DNA of 64,000 nucleotides, taken from positions 70,680,001 to 70,744,000 of the forward strand of contig OX597816.1 in assembly GCA_951406725.2 (NCBI GenBank), written 5' to 3'. A model generated the notes under the pieces. It was not told the origin of the DNA. It ran no database searches and worked only from the letters and a program-made list of their open reading frames with translations. Of this stretch, positions 50,941 to 64,000 are shown one piece after another (the first letter of the stretch is position 1; each line of letters opens with the position of its first letter). Made by a program: the position numbers and the translations under genes. Source of the DNA: Octopus vulgaris (Eukaryota).

Positions 50941-51729
50941 CCAAGTAACTGATTAACTAATTGCTTGATTAATCAAACTACCAGTTAGGTTCATCAAAAT
51001 CCTTTCATTGCTATTCACAACAACCTCATCAATGACTTGACCCCACTCAACTCCAGGTCTGTTTGCAGTACATTGATTGACCGAATGGTTAATCATTAGT
51101 TAATTGGTTAAATAATTAACTTGTGAACTAATATTGCTTTCAAATTTTGGTACAAAGCCATCAGTTTTTAGGGAAAAGGGGTGAATCAGTTACATTGAAC
51201 CCCCCCCCCCTAGTTTATTGACCCTGAAAGCATGAAAGGCAAAGTTGACTTAGGCAGAATTTGAATGCAGAACTTAAGAACGGATGAACTGCTGCTAACT
51301 GCACCAAGTGACACTCACACATGCACACACACACACACACACTATTTGCTTCTACTTTTTGTCACTAAAAATCAATAATATATTTTATCCTCTTATATAA
51401 TGTAGCTCCCCAGGAAAGTCCTTGGTTATATAAAATATATTTTTTGGGGGATGATATTAACATAATCTCACTGCAGATTTCAAAAGATAAAACATAAAAA
51501 CAAAAAAGAAAGACTCCTAAAACATCTAAAAGACTAAAAACTGGCACAGTTCCTGTTTTTTATTCAATAACTTTTGCTTAAAAGCTATTGAGCGAAGGAC
51601 TGTAGCACAAGTTTAAAAAGGTCAATGTCACATTTATCGCTTAAAATATAACACCCACACACATCAGAATCTGATTCATCTAATTCTAATAATTCTTCCA
51701 ACCATTCTTTTTTATTTACCTTTTATGTA

Positions 51730-52270
51730 TCAAAAATCAAAATCAAATTCGATGACTGGCGTCCGTGCTAGCAGGGTGCAAAGAGCACCATAGGAGTGTG
51801 ATCATGGACAGAGCGGCTTACCGGCTTCCATGCCAGTGGCACTTAAAAGGCACCGTTCGAGCGTGATCATTACCAGCGTCGCATTACTGGCACTCAAGCC
51901 CCGTGCTAGTTGGGTATTAAGAGCACCATCCAAGCATGATCGTTGCCAGAGCAGCTATCTGGCCTCCGTGCCAGTGGCACGTAAAAAATACCATTTGAGC
52001 GTGATTATTACCAGCATCGCTTTACTGGCACCCGCGCTGGTGGCATGTGTAAAAGATTCGAGCGAGGTTGTTGCCAGTGCTGCCTGAGTGGCACGTAAAA
52101 GCATCCACTACACTCTCGGAGTGGTTGGCGTTAGGAAGGGCATCCAGCTGTAGAAACTCCACCAGATCAAGATTGAAGCCTGGTGCAGCCATCTGGTTCG
52201 CCAGCCCTCAGTCATAAGTCCAACCCATGCTAGCATGGAAAGCAGACGTTAAACAATGATGATGTTGATG
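51730..52270 (+). mobile_element. Abundant retroelement 3' module with a tandem ~62-nt unit array and (GAT)n tail (about 17 copies)
   Basis: Repeated GTGCCGGTGGCACGTAAAAAGCACC units, then GGTTGGCGTTAGGAAGGGCATCCAGCTGTAGAAA...CCAACCCATGCTAGCATGGAAAGCGGACGTTAAAC(GAT)n. Copies on + include 29055-29442, 44880-45165, 50445-50720, 52913-53155, 58053-58410 and 63340-63833. Copies on - include 24645-24960, 28326-28530, 33364-33745, 41153-41410 and 57198-57545. Confidence 0.85.
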
Positions 52271-52515
52271 TACCATCAATACCAGCCTATCATTTCATTG
52301 TCTTCATCTCAATTTACAGTGGTGTTTTTAGTTGCATCAAGAACATTCTAGTGCAGTGTATTCAGCCTGAAGTGGGTTCTTTTTTGTTCAAACCAACATG
52401 AAGAGGATGAAGAACACTTGTAAAGTTACATAGCAACACAGCTTGATGATGTCGTTTGGCTCACTAACGAGGCTCACTAAATTGATTCATACACTGGCAT
52501 TGCAAGGTTCTTTAA

Positions 52516-52735
52516 CCCTTTAACATTTAAACCGGCCATATCCGGCCCAAATGGTCTACCTATTTTATGTTCAAACTGGCCAGATCCAGTCTCTCCCACT
52601 TAGCCTACAATGTCCTTCTAAAATTAAATGATTACATTTTCAAAATCTTGAAGCTATAAGATAATACGTGATTAATTTTTTAAAATATGGATATATAAAC
52701 ATTACATTTGATAAATTAATCTGAATGCTAAAGGG
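52516..52735 (+). mobile_element. piggyBac-type MITE family 2 (also 15748-15950, 63219-63928 interrupted, partials ~58790-58885 and ~59773-59950)
   Basis: TTAA|CCCTTTA(A/G)CATT...AATGCTAAAGGG|TTAA termini. Confidence 0.82.
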
Positions 52736-53799
52736 TTAAGCATTTTCTTTTTGCCATATTTCTGTTTGAAATACACCACCTTTATTTTAACTGATTTTAA
52801 AATTAAAGACGAATTTAGTAAAATAAATTTGTCCTTGTTAAGATACAGTTTAGAATATAATACAGAAGATATTTTTGTTTATATCATTTTAACATATGAA
52901 TTTTGTATCATATGCGTAAAAAGATTCAAGTGAGGTCATTACCAGTACCGTCAGACTGGCCCCTATGCTGGTGGCATGTAAAAAGTACCCACTACACTCT
53001 CAGAATGGTTGGCATTAGGAAGAGCATCCAGCTGTAGAAACTCTGCCAAATCAAGATTGGAGCTTGGTGCAGCTATCTGCTTTGCCAGCCCTCAGTCAAA
53101 ATCGTCCAACCCATGCTAGCATGGAAAGCGGACGTCAAACGATGATGATGATGATAACCAAGTGACAAGTTTTGTAAAATAACTTTGTCCTTGTTGAAAT
53201 ACAGTTTAGAATATAATGCAGAATTTTGATGGGAAGTATTTTTATTTATATCATTTTAAAATATGAATTTTGTATCATAGAACCAAGTGACAGTGTCAAT
53301 GATTCGTATCATGACCATCATGATTTAACATCTAGTTTTCCATGGTTCCCTGGGTCAGACAAGATTTATAAAGGTAGATTTTCTATGGCTGGATGCCCTT
53401 CCTATTGCCAACCTTCACCGGTTTCTAAGCAAGGTAATGTTTTTCCATATTTAGAGCATGTTTTTCATGGAAGGTTGGAAATGAACTTTACTTGTATGAC
53501 GATAATGTTCATTTACAACCATTACATATGTGATGTCTAGGAAAGGGTACACACACACACACACACACACATGCACAAAAGATTGGTGCTACAAAGTACC
53601 CAGTTCACTTTGTAAAGTGGTTGGCAAAAGGATATGCATCCAGTTGTAGAAACCTTGCCAAGGCAGACACTGGAGCATAACACAGCCCTCCATCTCTATA
53701 AGCTCAGCTCATGCTAGCATTGGAAAGGGTTAAAAGTGCACCAGGTCATTTATCTTCTACTTCTCCTCACCATTAACCTATGCTCCCTCCATTCATCAA

Positions 53800-54380
53800 A
53801 TTTTGAAGCTGGCCACAAATGATAACTTCAGAAAGAAATCTATTTTACTCTTTCAAGATTGCCTTTCTTGCAAAAATAAGCACGGCATTCATTGGCTTTG
53901 TTTTCATCAGCCAGATTACTTAAAAACTGCCATAAACGAGGAAGGAGTTTCCAGTTTCACGTCCTGTTGTTGTTCAAATATAGATGGTTTTACTTCCTTT
54001 TTTATCTCGTATTCCGTGCTCTAGTGTGTCATAAAACAATCACGTCTCATTCATGTTCCCTATTTGACTCAGTTCAAAATTATGCCTCTTTCATAGTTTT
54101 ACTACAATCTTTGAAATGGTGCAATCTTATCATCCATATCAGAGCAAAGCTTCTGTGAAATTTTTCTTTTCTGACATAGAGCCAAAGATTTGCCTTCTCA
54201 AGAATCTCAGGCACCACCCATTTGAAAATTGGAAAGATTGATTAACACCAGAGCTTCTTTTGACATTATTTTTTCCTTCTTGTAACTTTACATTCAGAAT
54301 GGTTACAAAATAACCATGCTTTCTCTCTTCTTCCACACATTCAGCCATTTTTGTTTTTCAGTTGTGGATAGTGAGGCTGC
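53800..54380 (-). pseudogene. Degraded pogo-type transposase (CENP-B HTH plus start of DDE domain)
   Basis: HYPQL...EERKHGYFV...FQFSNGWCLRFLRR, then SQIGNMNET and KGSKTI..TTG, with stops and frameshifts. Confidence 0.75.
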
Positions 54381-55190
54381 ATGCTACTACTACTACTACT
54401 ACTACTGCTGCTGTCGCCAGTACTAACAACCTGTATTAGTTTGACAATTATCACCACCACCACCACCACCACCACTAATGGTGCTGTCTCCAGAAAAAAA
54501 CTAACAACCTGTATTAGTATCTCTTGTATGATAGTTATTACCACCACCACCACTACTACTACTGACTACTATTAACTCATTTCATTACGGGGAGCGTCCA
54601 ACTGGTTGCTTTGTCTGCTAGAAAGTGCAACGAAATGCTCATCATCACACCTCACTGTCTTAAGCAAACACTTAGGGTAATGTAGTTCTAAATACATTGA
54701 ATAAGAACCTGGATGGTCATGGTTGGAATATCTTTGATCATAGATCTGCTGGATTGGAGCAGATCTGGTGCTAAACAACACCATTACTACCAGCATCAAG
54801 AAAGCAAGGCACTTTTATCTGATTACATGACCTGCTAGAAATAGTAGCCTAGTACCCCCCTTCCTCGAGTCACTGTCTTACAGTGGGAAGGGTCACATAT
54901 TGCATTATGTAGTCCCAGGTACACTATGTCTGAATAAAACACAAGATAATGTTTAATCATAGGTCTACTGGAGCAGATTTGGAGTTCAAAAAACTACAAC
55001 TGCTGTTGATACTACTACTACTACTACTACTTCATGTCATAATAATAATGATAATCCTTTTAATTATAGACAGAAGGCCTGAAAGAGTTGACACCAGTGG
55101 AATTTGAACTCAGAATGTAAAGATTCAAAACTAATACTGCAAGGAATGTATTCCTATGTTCTAATAATTCTGTCAATCCAGCACCCTTTA

Positions 55191-55221
<31 letters not shown>

Positions 55222-55222
55222 T

Positions 55223-55765
55223 ATGCAGTACCAGGCAGTGGCTCTCATGGCTTCTGATCTTAACTGATTGGAAGTGTTATCATGTACATTGTTTTGTCTT
55301 GGTATAAAAGATGGGCTACAGCAAATATTCTGCTCAATACCACAGATTTGCTTGTTGTTTGACCTTAACCAGTTGACCATGTCCCTTAGTGGCTGACGAT
55401 ATGTGCATCTCTGATCATGAGCAGAAGTGGTGGGGGAGCATCATAGCCATGTGTTAAGAGGGATTCTTTGGGATTTGAATAATTCACCTCTGGAAACATG
55501 GGTGTTTCGTTCAACATCCTTAAACAATCCTTATTCAGGGACCTTTTGAGCAGGATGGATCACTCGACCAGAAGAAAATTCTAACTGGGCTCCACCTGCA
55601 AGGTCATGTGCTTTTTATCTTGATATGAGATCACCATGTCACGCACATATGGTTGAATTCATGTGCCTAGTGTACCCTTATCAGACGAGTAGTCATGATG
55701 GGTATACTGGGCTTTGTATATTTTACCCCAGTGTCACTTTGATGGCATGCACTGCTCTCTCACTC
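55223..55765 (+). mobile_element. ~545-bp non-coding element inserted in (AAT)n, second copy
   Basis: ATGCAGTACCAGGCAGTGG...GCACTGCTCTCTCACTC flanked by (AAT)n on both sides. Confidence 0.8.
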
Positions 55766-57064
55766 AATAATAATAATAATAATAGTAATAATCTTCTCTA
55801 CTAAAGGGACAAGGCCTGAAATTTTGGGCGAGGGGACTGGTTGATTACACCAATCCCAGTGTTTCACTGGTACTTAATTTATCGACCCGGAGAGGATGAA
55901 AGGCAAAGTCAGCCTCCACAACATTTTAACTCAGTATGTAAAGAGGTGGAAAAAATGCTGCTAAACATTTGGTCCAGCTTGCTAACAATTCTGCCAGCTC
56001 CCCACCTTTGTAATAATCATAATAATAATAATAGTAATTATAATTAACACTACTACGTAAATAAACCATCCCAGCATATGGTGACTGTCTAATTGAAGCA
56101 TGTTTGATTTTTTTCTCTCCTTAACTGCTCTTTCTGTAGCAGAGTATATGCTTGAAATGTAATAGACTTCTTCCAATTTTCTTGAGTGTAAACCTAATAT
56201 AACCTCGTTTGTTTTTCACTTAGTTTTTTTTTTTTCTTTCCATGCTAAAAAAATAATTCTTTTGATACTTCATTCAAAGTTGTTCTTTAGTTGAAGACAG
56301 ATTTACTCAAAGCTTTCTAGCTATAACCATTCTGTCTTTGTATATGTCAGAAGCCACATTGTCCTGTGTTTCAATCTGCCTTTAGGACAAGAGGGTGAGA
56401 TTTGAGGAAGATCTGGTTGCTGTTTCCTGCAAATAAACGACCACATCGTGGCTCTGTCATAAGATTGTTTATTTGAGGTTGTTGACAACTGAGTAAAAAA
56501 GAGAGAGAAAAAAAAATATGTGCTAAGTACTTGTAACATTGGTGGTTTTATACAGCCAGGATGTCACAAGTGGCAGTGTTATATGAAAATTCAAACACTA
56601 TTTTAGTTAGGTTAAACACGATGATTCTGCAGTCTTTGTTCCAATTCTTTGTGAACTGAATTCAAATTCTCCGCATTACTGGAGCCTCATAGGTAGCCAG
56701 GCTATTACAAAGTGCTGGCATCAAGCCCAGACTGCTCGTGAAACACCAGTGAATTCACAAAACTAATTGGGTGTTAGTTGACATAAGAGCTCTGTGTATT
56801 TGAAGGGTGCAGCAGTATTTTCTATCTTCTTTGTGTGTGTGTGTGTATGTATGCATGCATGTGTGTATGTATGAATCATCATCGTTTAACGTCCATGTTA
56901 TATACAATAATAACTGTATAATTATATATCATAATAATAATAATAATTTGTAATACTCTGATATTAAAGCGACATTATCTAAACAATTAACTGAAAAATG
57001 ACGAGCTAACTCAGGCTAGAATTGAACCCATATATCAACATAACAAGCTTCCAGGTTTGTTTAC

Positions 57065-57117
<53 letters not shown>

Positions 57118-57152
57118 CATACGTACATATATATATATACATACATACGTAC

Positions 57153-57202
<50 letters not shown>

Positions 57203-59648
57203 TCATCATCATCATCATAGTTTAACGTCCATTTTCCATGCTAGCATAGGTTGGACGGTTTGACCCGGGTCTGGGAAGGCAGGAGGCTGCACCAGGTTCC
57301 AATCTTGATCTGGCAGAGTTTCTACAGCTGGATGCCCTTCCTAACGCCAACCACTCCGTGAGTGTAGTGGGTGCTTTTTACGTGCCACCGGCACGGAAGC
57401 CACGTACAGATAGTGCTTTTTACGTGCCAGGGTAGGCTGGCAATAGCCACGATTGGTTGGTGCTTTGTACATGCCACCGGCATGGAAGCCAGTCAAGGTG
57501 GCGCTGGCATCGGCCATGTACAGATGATGCTTTTTAGGTGCCATATATATATAATACACACACACACACATACATACACATCTATGTGTGTGTGTATGTG
57601 TAGTTATATTTTGGGATGGTCATTTTTTTTTTGCCAAATAAACACTTCATTTGTTTATTATTGTTCTTATTTTATGTCCATTATCTTTTGTCACACGTCC
57701 TATGACCTCTTCAGCTACTCTCCACCCACGTGTTTCTTGTAAGCATTTGTGCCTAGTGTCTGGCCTGAAGATATCTTCCTTCTTTCAGCCCACCTGTTTG
57801 GGAGGCCCTGAAAAGGGCCATTGGTATTTCTCTGACTGAGGTGGATCCCTGTTGTTTAATGATAAGGATTCAGTTGTTTGATATACTGAATTAACGTATA
57901 AGTGGCTGAGTATTCCACAGACATGTGTACCCTTGAAATAGATGTATGGCTGAATCAGCTTGGCATAGTGTATGACGAGGCTGTAACTTTTTAGTTATAG
58001 ATGCCATTCCACCTGATTGTACCTATACATTTTCCATCTACCCAATTTCACTCACCATTCGAGCGTGATCGTTGCCAGAGCGGCTATCCGGCCTCCATGC
58101 CTGTGGCACATAAAAGACACCATTCAAGTGCAATCGTTACTAGCATCGCCTTACTGGTACCTGTGCCGGTGGCATGTGTAAAAGATTCAAGCGAGGTCAT
58201 TGCCAGTGCTGCCTGACTGGCCCCGTGCCATTGGCACATAAAAGCACCCGCTACACTCTCGGAGTGGTTGGTGTTAAGAAGGGCATCCAGCTGTAGAAAC
58301 TCTGCCAGATCAAGATTGAAGCCTGGTGCAGCCATCTGGTTTGCCAGCCCTCAGTCATATGTCCAACCCATGCTAGCATGGAAAACGGATGTTAAACGAT
58401 GTTGATGATGAACGTATGAATTGGCCCAATATGTAATACTGTAGAATCAAACCCACTTCATGGTTGTGAAACAAACTTCTTAGCCATTTGGCCAAACTCC
58501 TTTAAGACATACAAAATCAAAAAAAAAAAATATATCTTAGAAGTGTTATAACCAGAGTTAATCAGATACCATATTCACACTCAATTCTTGGCATTAGTTC
58601 TCTGTAACTCATTGCAATAATTGTTTCCTGATGATCTGTTCTGGTGAAGCATCCACATACACTTGAAACACCCAGTGCCTGGTTCCAAGTAACCAGAATG
58701 GTGAAATGTACATAGGAACTGATAATACAAGCTTGTGCTTATCTTAATTTCTCCTGAGTATTAACTAAGCACTTGGTGATCACATCATCTAAATCTCAAA
58801 GCTACAAGATAATTCATGATTAATCCAAAACAATGTGAATAAATAAGCATTAGATTTGGCAGAATAATCTGAATGGTAAAGAGTTACAGGAGGTGGTTTG
58901 GCTGGATCATTTGAGCATTGCGAAACATGACAATAAAATAAAATTATCAGAGAATTAGTGGGGTTGATTTAATAAATTATACTCTACTCCTCCCTCCAAA
59001 TTCATGGCGTTTTTCTAATGTGGGAAAGTTGTACATGTTATTGTCAATAATCAAACAGTTACTGATATTATTTTCAAAGATAATCGGGTTGTCACCATAG
59101 CTATGTATAAACATTGTCACTAAAGTAAGCTAATTAGACAACCAGGAGAAAGTTTTGAGTTGACCCTTGACTATAGAGTGAGCACTAATGATGAGTGATT
59201 AGTCATACCAGTCTTGTGTGTATGAGCCAATTGAGGAGTCTCTATTTTACACAATCTGTTAGAAATAACACTCAGTTCTCCCTCAAATCACAATCTGTTC
59301 TCTTTGAAGAAAGGTATATTGGGTATAGAAGGCCTATAGAGAACAATACGGTCAAATGTGTTCTTATTTTTATGTAATGAAGATCTTTGGTTGCTATTTC
59401 TAGCAGATCTTGCTTCCCTGCTTATTTGCTAACACCAAAGAGCAGTAGTATTCTTTTATTCATTTATTGTTTTACTTGTTTCAGTCATTGAGACCAATAG
59501 CCATGCTGGAGCACTATCTTGAAGTGTTAACCAGTTGATCCCAGTATTTATTTTTCAGTTTGGTGTTAATTCTATTGATCACTCATTGCTGAACTGCTAA
59601 GTTATTGCTACTTAAACAATCCAATACATAAAGTGGTGAGAAAGGCAA

Positions 59649-59688
<40 letters not shown>

Positions 59689-61225
59689 ATATACATAAAT
59701 ACATTATGTGTACACATAATGTGCCACATGTAGAATTAGTGTGACACTGTTTGTGACAAGGCTGGACCTCTCACCCTTTAGCATTTAAACTGGCCATATC
59801 CGGTCTAAATATTCTTTCTGTTTTACATTCAAGCTGACCAGATCCAACCTCTCTCACTTACCCTTCAATGTTATTCTAAAAATAGGCAATCATATCATTG
59901 AAATCTCAAAGCTATGAGACTATACATGAGTAATTGAAAATAATGTGAATGTATAGGCGTAGGTGTCGCTGTGTGGTAAGAAGCCTACTTTCCAACACCT
60001 GGTTCCTCATTCAGCCCTACTGTGTGGCGCCTCGAACAAGTGCCTTCTATAACCTCAGGTCAACCAAAGCCTTGTGAGTGGATTTTGTAGGCAGAAACTG
60101 AAAGAAGCCCTTTGTATATATTTATGTGTGTGTGTGTGTGTTGTTTGTTGTTTGTAAGCCTAGTACTTATTCTATCTGTCTCTTTTGCTGAACCGCTAAG
60201 TTATGGGGACGTAAACACAACATCAGTTGTCAAGCAATATGGGGGGGGGGGCAAACACACGCACAAATATACACACACACACATATAGATATATATATAT
60301 ACAACAAGCTTCTTTCAGTTTCTGCCTACCAAAGCACTTAAGGCTTTATATATATATATATATATACTCATATACACAAACATATCCCTCTACACAAACA
60401 TCTATGAACCCATAACTTTCACACACATACCTGCAAACCAGGTCATATGTTAGCACACAGGTACCTGTGTGTACATGGATGCAGTCTCACAAATACATAC
60501 ATACATGCATTTAAACATTAAAATAATCATCCATGCAATCATGTATGCATGTGCACCCCAAATCATGGATACATGCAGACACTTAAAATATACACCTTCA
60601 TCTATGAACATGGATACCCCCTTACACATGCACTCACACGCATGCTGTCATACATATATACATTTATGTGCATACTAACTCATATACACACTCAAACTTG
60701 CATACATACATGCATGCACAACTGTGTGGTAAGAAGCTTGCTTCCCAACCACATGCTTCTGGGTTCAGTCCTGTTGCATGGCACCTTGGTTGAGTGTCTT
60801 CTACTATAACCCCAGGCCAACCAAAACCTTGTGAGTAGATTTGGTAGATGAAAACTGAAGGAAGCCCGTCATGTGTGCGTTTGTCACCACCACCAAGACT
60901 TGACAACCGCTGCTGGTGTGTTTATGTCCCCATAACTTAGCAAAAGAGACCGATAGAATAAATACTAGACTTACAAAGAATAAATCTTGGGGTTGATTTC
61001 TTTGAGTAAAACCCTTTAAGGCAGTGCACCAGCATGGCCACAGTCAATTGACAGAAACAAGTAAAAAAAAAAATTATATTCATACATCAACTCATATATA
61101 TTCATATATATATATATATATGGCCGTAACCAGTACCGCATCGACTGGCCTCCGTGCTGTGGGCACAACAAACACCATCCGATCGTGGCCGTTCAACGGA
61201 CGCTAAATGATGATGATGATGATGA

Positions 61226-61260
<35 letters not shown>

Positions 61261-61480
61261 CATAGGTACACAATTTTCTTTATTAAGGGACAAGACTCTT
61301 GATAGGGACAGCAGTGTATGGATTTAATATTTAGTCTTAAGATGCTTGACTTCCTTTCTCTTCCGCAATTTCTTCATTTCCCCTTCCTATTTTCATCCAT
61401 TTATTTTTCTCCACCCATCAGTTACTTCCTTACCTTTAAATTCTTCAACAACCTTCACTCTCTGCATCGTGTGTGTATAC

Positions 61481-61535
<55 letters not shown>

Positions 61536-62842
61536 GTATAAATGTATGTATGTATATAATAGCTTTCTTGGTGACTAATCATCTTACTGCAGTAAATTCG
61601 CTGTAACTTACCAGTAGCAATTTCCTGTTGGTTAGCTCTGGTGTAGATTCCATTACTGGCAACAACAGCATTAATAATAATAATGATGATGATAATAATA
61701 ATAATAATAATAATGATTTCTAATTTTGGCACAAGGCCACAAATTTGAAGAGAAAGATGTATAGCCAACGGAATCAATACCGTACTTAAATAACAAGAAC
61801 AATAATACTGCAGGTATGATTGATGTGGTTAAGAAGTTCATTTTGGAATCAAGTAGTTCCTAGATTCTATCTTATTGTTTGGTACTCTCTTTCAGTTGCC
61901 TTCTACTTCAGCCTCTGGTCGACCAAAGCTTTATAAGTAAAATTTGGCAGGTGGAAACTATACAGAAGCTTGTTGTATATATATTGTTTATTTACTCATT
62001 CATTTTGCATCCATTTTTCTAAGCTAGTTTCTGTGTATTAGAACGAGAAGATTAGGTGCAGCTGTTTTGGATGCTAACAATTTGGCACAGCTGACTCCAC
62101 GTTTGACCTGTTCTGGTGATAGTACTTTTTGGCTCTGAAGGTAAACGCACATACACACACACTCATGCTCACTCGCACATGTGTAGAAGCGTACACGCAC
62201 AGATAATGAGTGAGGGAGAGAGACTTTACGCAAACAAACATAACTAGATGCTCACAAAACTGAACAGAAAACTGAAAGAATGAGAAAAATATTAAAATGT
62301 TTGATGTCAAGTCAGCTTCAAATCAGCAATGGCAACTAGGCAGTGCCAAAATGCCCCATACAATATATATATAAATATTACCTAGGCGTAGGAGTGGCTG
62401 TGTGGTAAGTAGCTTGTTTATGAACCACATAGTTCAAGGTTCAATCCCACTGCGTGGCACCTTGGGCAAGTGTCTTCTACTATAGCCTCAGGCCGCCCAA
62501 AGCCTTGTGAGTGGATTTGGAAGATGGAAGCTGAAAGAAACCCGTTGTATATATGTATATATATATATGTTTGTGTGTCTGTGTTTGTCCCCCCAACATC
62601 ACTTGACACCCAATGTTGGTGTGTTTACGACCTCGTAACTTAGCGTCCTCTGCAGCATTTGAACACAGAACATAAATCCAGAAGAAATGTCACTAAGCAT
62701 TTTGTCTGATACTGTACTCATTCTGCCAGTTTGCCATTTCAATAATAATAATTGTTTTTAAAATAGGCAGAAGGCCTGGAGAGAGTTTTCCGCGAAGTGA
62801 ACTCCAGCACTTGAATGTTACTTTATTTTATTGACCTTAAAG

Positions 62843-63120
62843 TAGTGGTTCTCAACTAGGGTCCATATAAGATTTTGGGTGGGATCCACACAACAAAATA
62901 CTAAATTGGGAATCTGCAATAGTATTTTAAGGACCCCTGAAAAAAATTTTGTTTTAGATGTATGTATTGGGAGAAACAACTTGGTTATTTTCTTTAACAT
63001 TTTACATAGTTCAACCTACACAAGTAAATGTGTGAAAAAACATTGAATGGCTATGGGGGTCCACCAGAATAAAATAGTAATCAAAGGGGTCCATAGAAGA
63101 AAAAGGGTTGAGAATCCCTG
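62843..63120. mobile_element. hAT-type MITE inserted in a SINE
   Basis: TAGTGGTTCTCAAC...GTTGAGAATCCCTG with a degenerate 8-bp TSD CCTTAAAG/CCCTAGAA. The flanks rejoin into a Meta-type SINE on the minus strand. Confidence 0.75.
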
Positions 63121-64000
63121 CCCTAGAAGAATGAAAGACATAGGTGACCTCAATAGTGTTTGAACTTAGAACACAAAGAACCAAAGTAATTTCTGCAAAG
63201 TATGTTGTCCAATTTTAATCCTTTAGCATTCTGATTATTTGGTCAAATTTACTACTTATTAATTCACATTGTTTTGAATTAATTGTGCATTATCTCATAG
63301 TTTTGAGATTTCAATGATGCGATTGCTTATTTTAGAAGATTTTGGAAGTATGCTGTGTGTGAGAAGACCCGGCAGGACAAGTGAGACCATAACCCGTGGC
63401 CTCTAACTGGGATGTAGCCAGTCCATTTATGCATACCTTTCCTTCTTGGGACACAAAACTCTGCTTGCGAAGACCTGTTGAGGCAAGTGGAATCGAAATC
63501 GATCAAAAATCAATGGAAATTGTAGTTGTGATACCAGTGCTGGTGGCACGTAAAAGAACCATCCGAACGTGGCCGTTGCCAGCGCCACCTTGACTGGCCT
63601 CCATGCCGGTGGCACGTAAAAAGCACCAACCAATTGTAGCCATTGCCAACCTCGCCTGGGACGTAAAAAGCAGCCACTACTCTCACGGAGTGGTTGGCAT
63701 TAGGAAGGGCATCCAGCTGTAGAAACACTGCCAGATCAGACTGGGCCTGGTGCAGCTTCCTGGCTTCCCAGACCCCGGTTGAACTGTCCAACCCATGCTA
63801 GCATGGAAAGCGGACGTTAAACGATGATGATGATTGTAAGGTTGGTGTGAGAGGTCAAATCTGACTGTTTTGTGCATAAAACAGGTAGAATATTTGGGCT
63901 GGATATGGCTGGTTTAAATGCTACAGGGTTAATGATTCTGTCACTCCAGATAATAAACAGAAAGGCCACGAAATTGTAGAGTTTGAGTTGACTCTAGCTC

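Noticed and set aside
51760-52110. CRISPR-like repeat/spacer periodicity
   Set aside because: The intervening parts are homologous to each other, the context is eukaryotic, and there are no cas genes. It is a tandem repeat within a retroelement.
52818-53292. Apparent ~100-bp target-site duplication around a retroelement fragment
   Set aside because: AACCAAGTGACA follows both the insert and the second copy. This fits an older ~125-bp tandem duplication with a later insertion, and the copies are too diverged for a TSD.
58600-62130. SPEQ-containing frames near 58640 and 62110 as LTA4H exon 3
   Set aside because: Both are on the wrong strand and lack the QWL and YLFSQCQ context.

Overview
This is AT-rich, repeat-dense animal genomic DNA. 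The SINE, MITE and microsatellite content looks like an octopus (coleoid cephalopod) genome, which is an inference. I can support one host gene: the 5' part of a leukotriene A4 hydrolase / M1 aminopeptidase (LTA4H-like) on the + strand. It has coding exon 1 at 11126-11290, a ~22.5 kb intron, and exon 2 at 33794-33933. I could not find exon 3, so intron 2 probably runs past the window end. The rest is mostly mobile DNA: several SINE families, a young 5'-truncated CR1-group LINE with an open RT frame, RTE/R4/Tx1/pogo/mariner relics, non-autonomous Helitrons, and hAT- and piggyBac-type MITEs. Nearly all ORFs in the supplied track are repeat artefacts. The main points worth a second look are: (1) a 75-bp-arm palindrome carrying a Penelope-type minimal hammerhead ribozyme, intact on one arm and mutated on the other; (2) an abundant retroelement with a tandem array of ~62-nt structured units showing compensatory base changes; (3) a SINE subfamily with a GGTA target bias and a Tx1-like tail; (4) an (AAT)n-targeted 545-bp element; (5) a fully palindromic Helitron end; (6) a duplicated intronic segment with an unusually conserved core beside a pre-miRNA-sized hairpin. 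All calls are by eye; no searches or folding were run.
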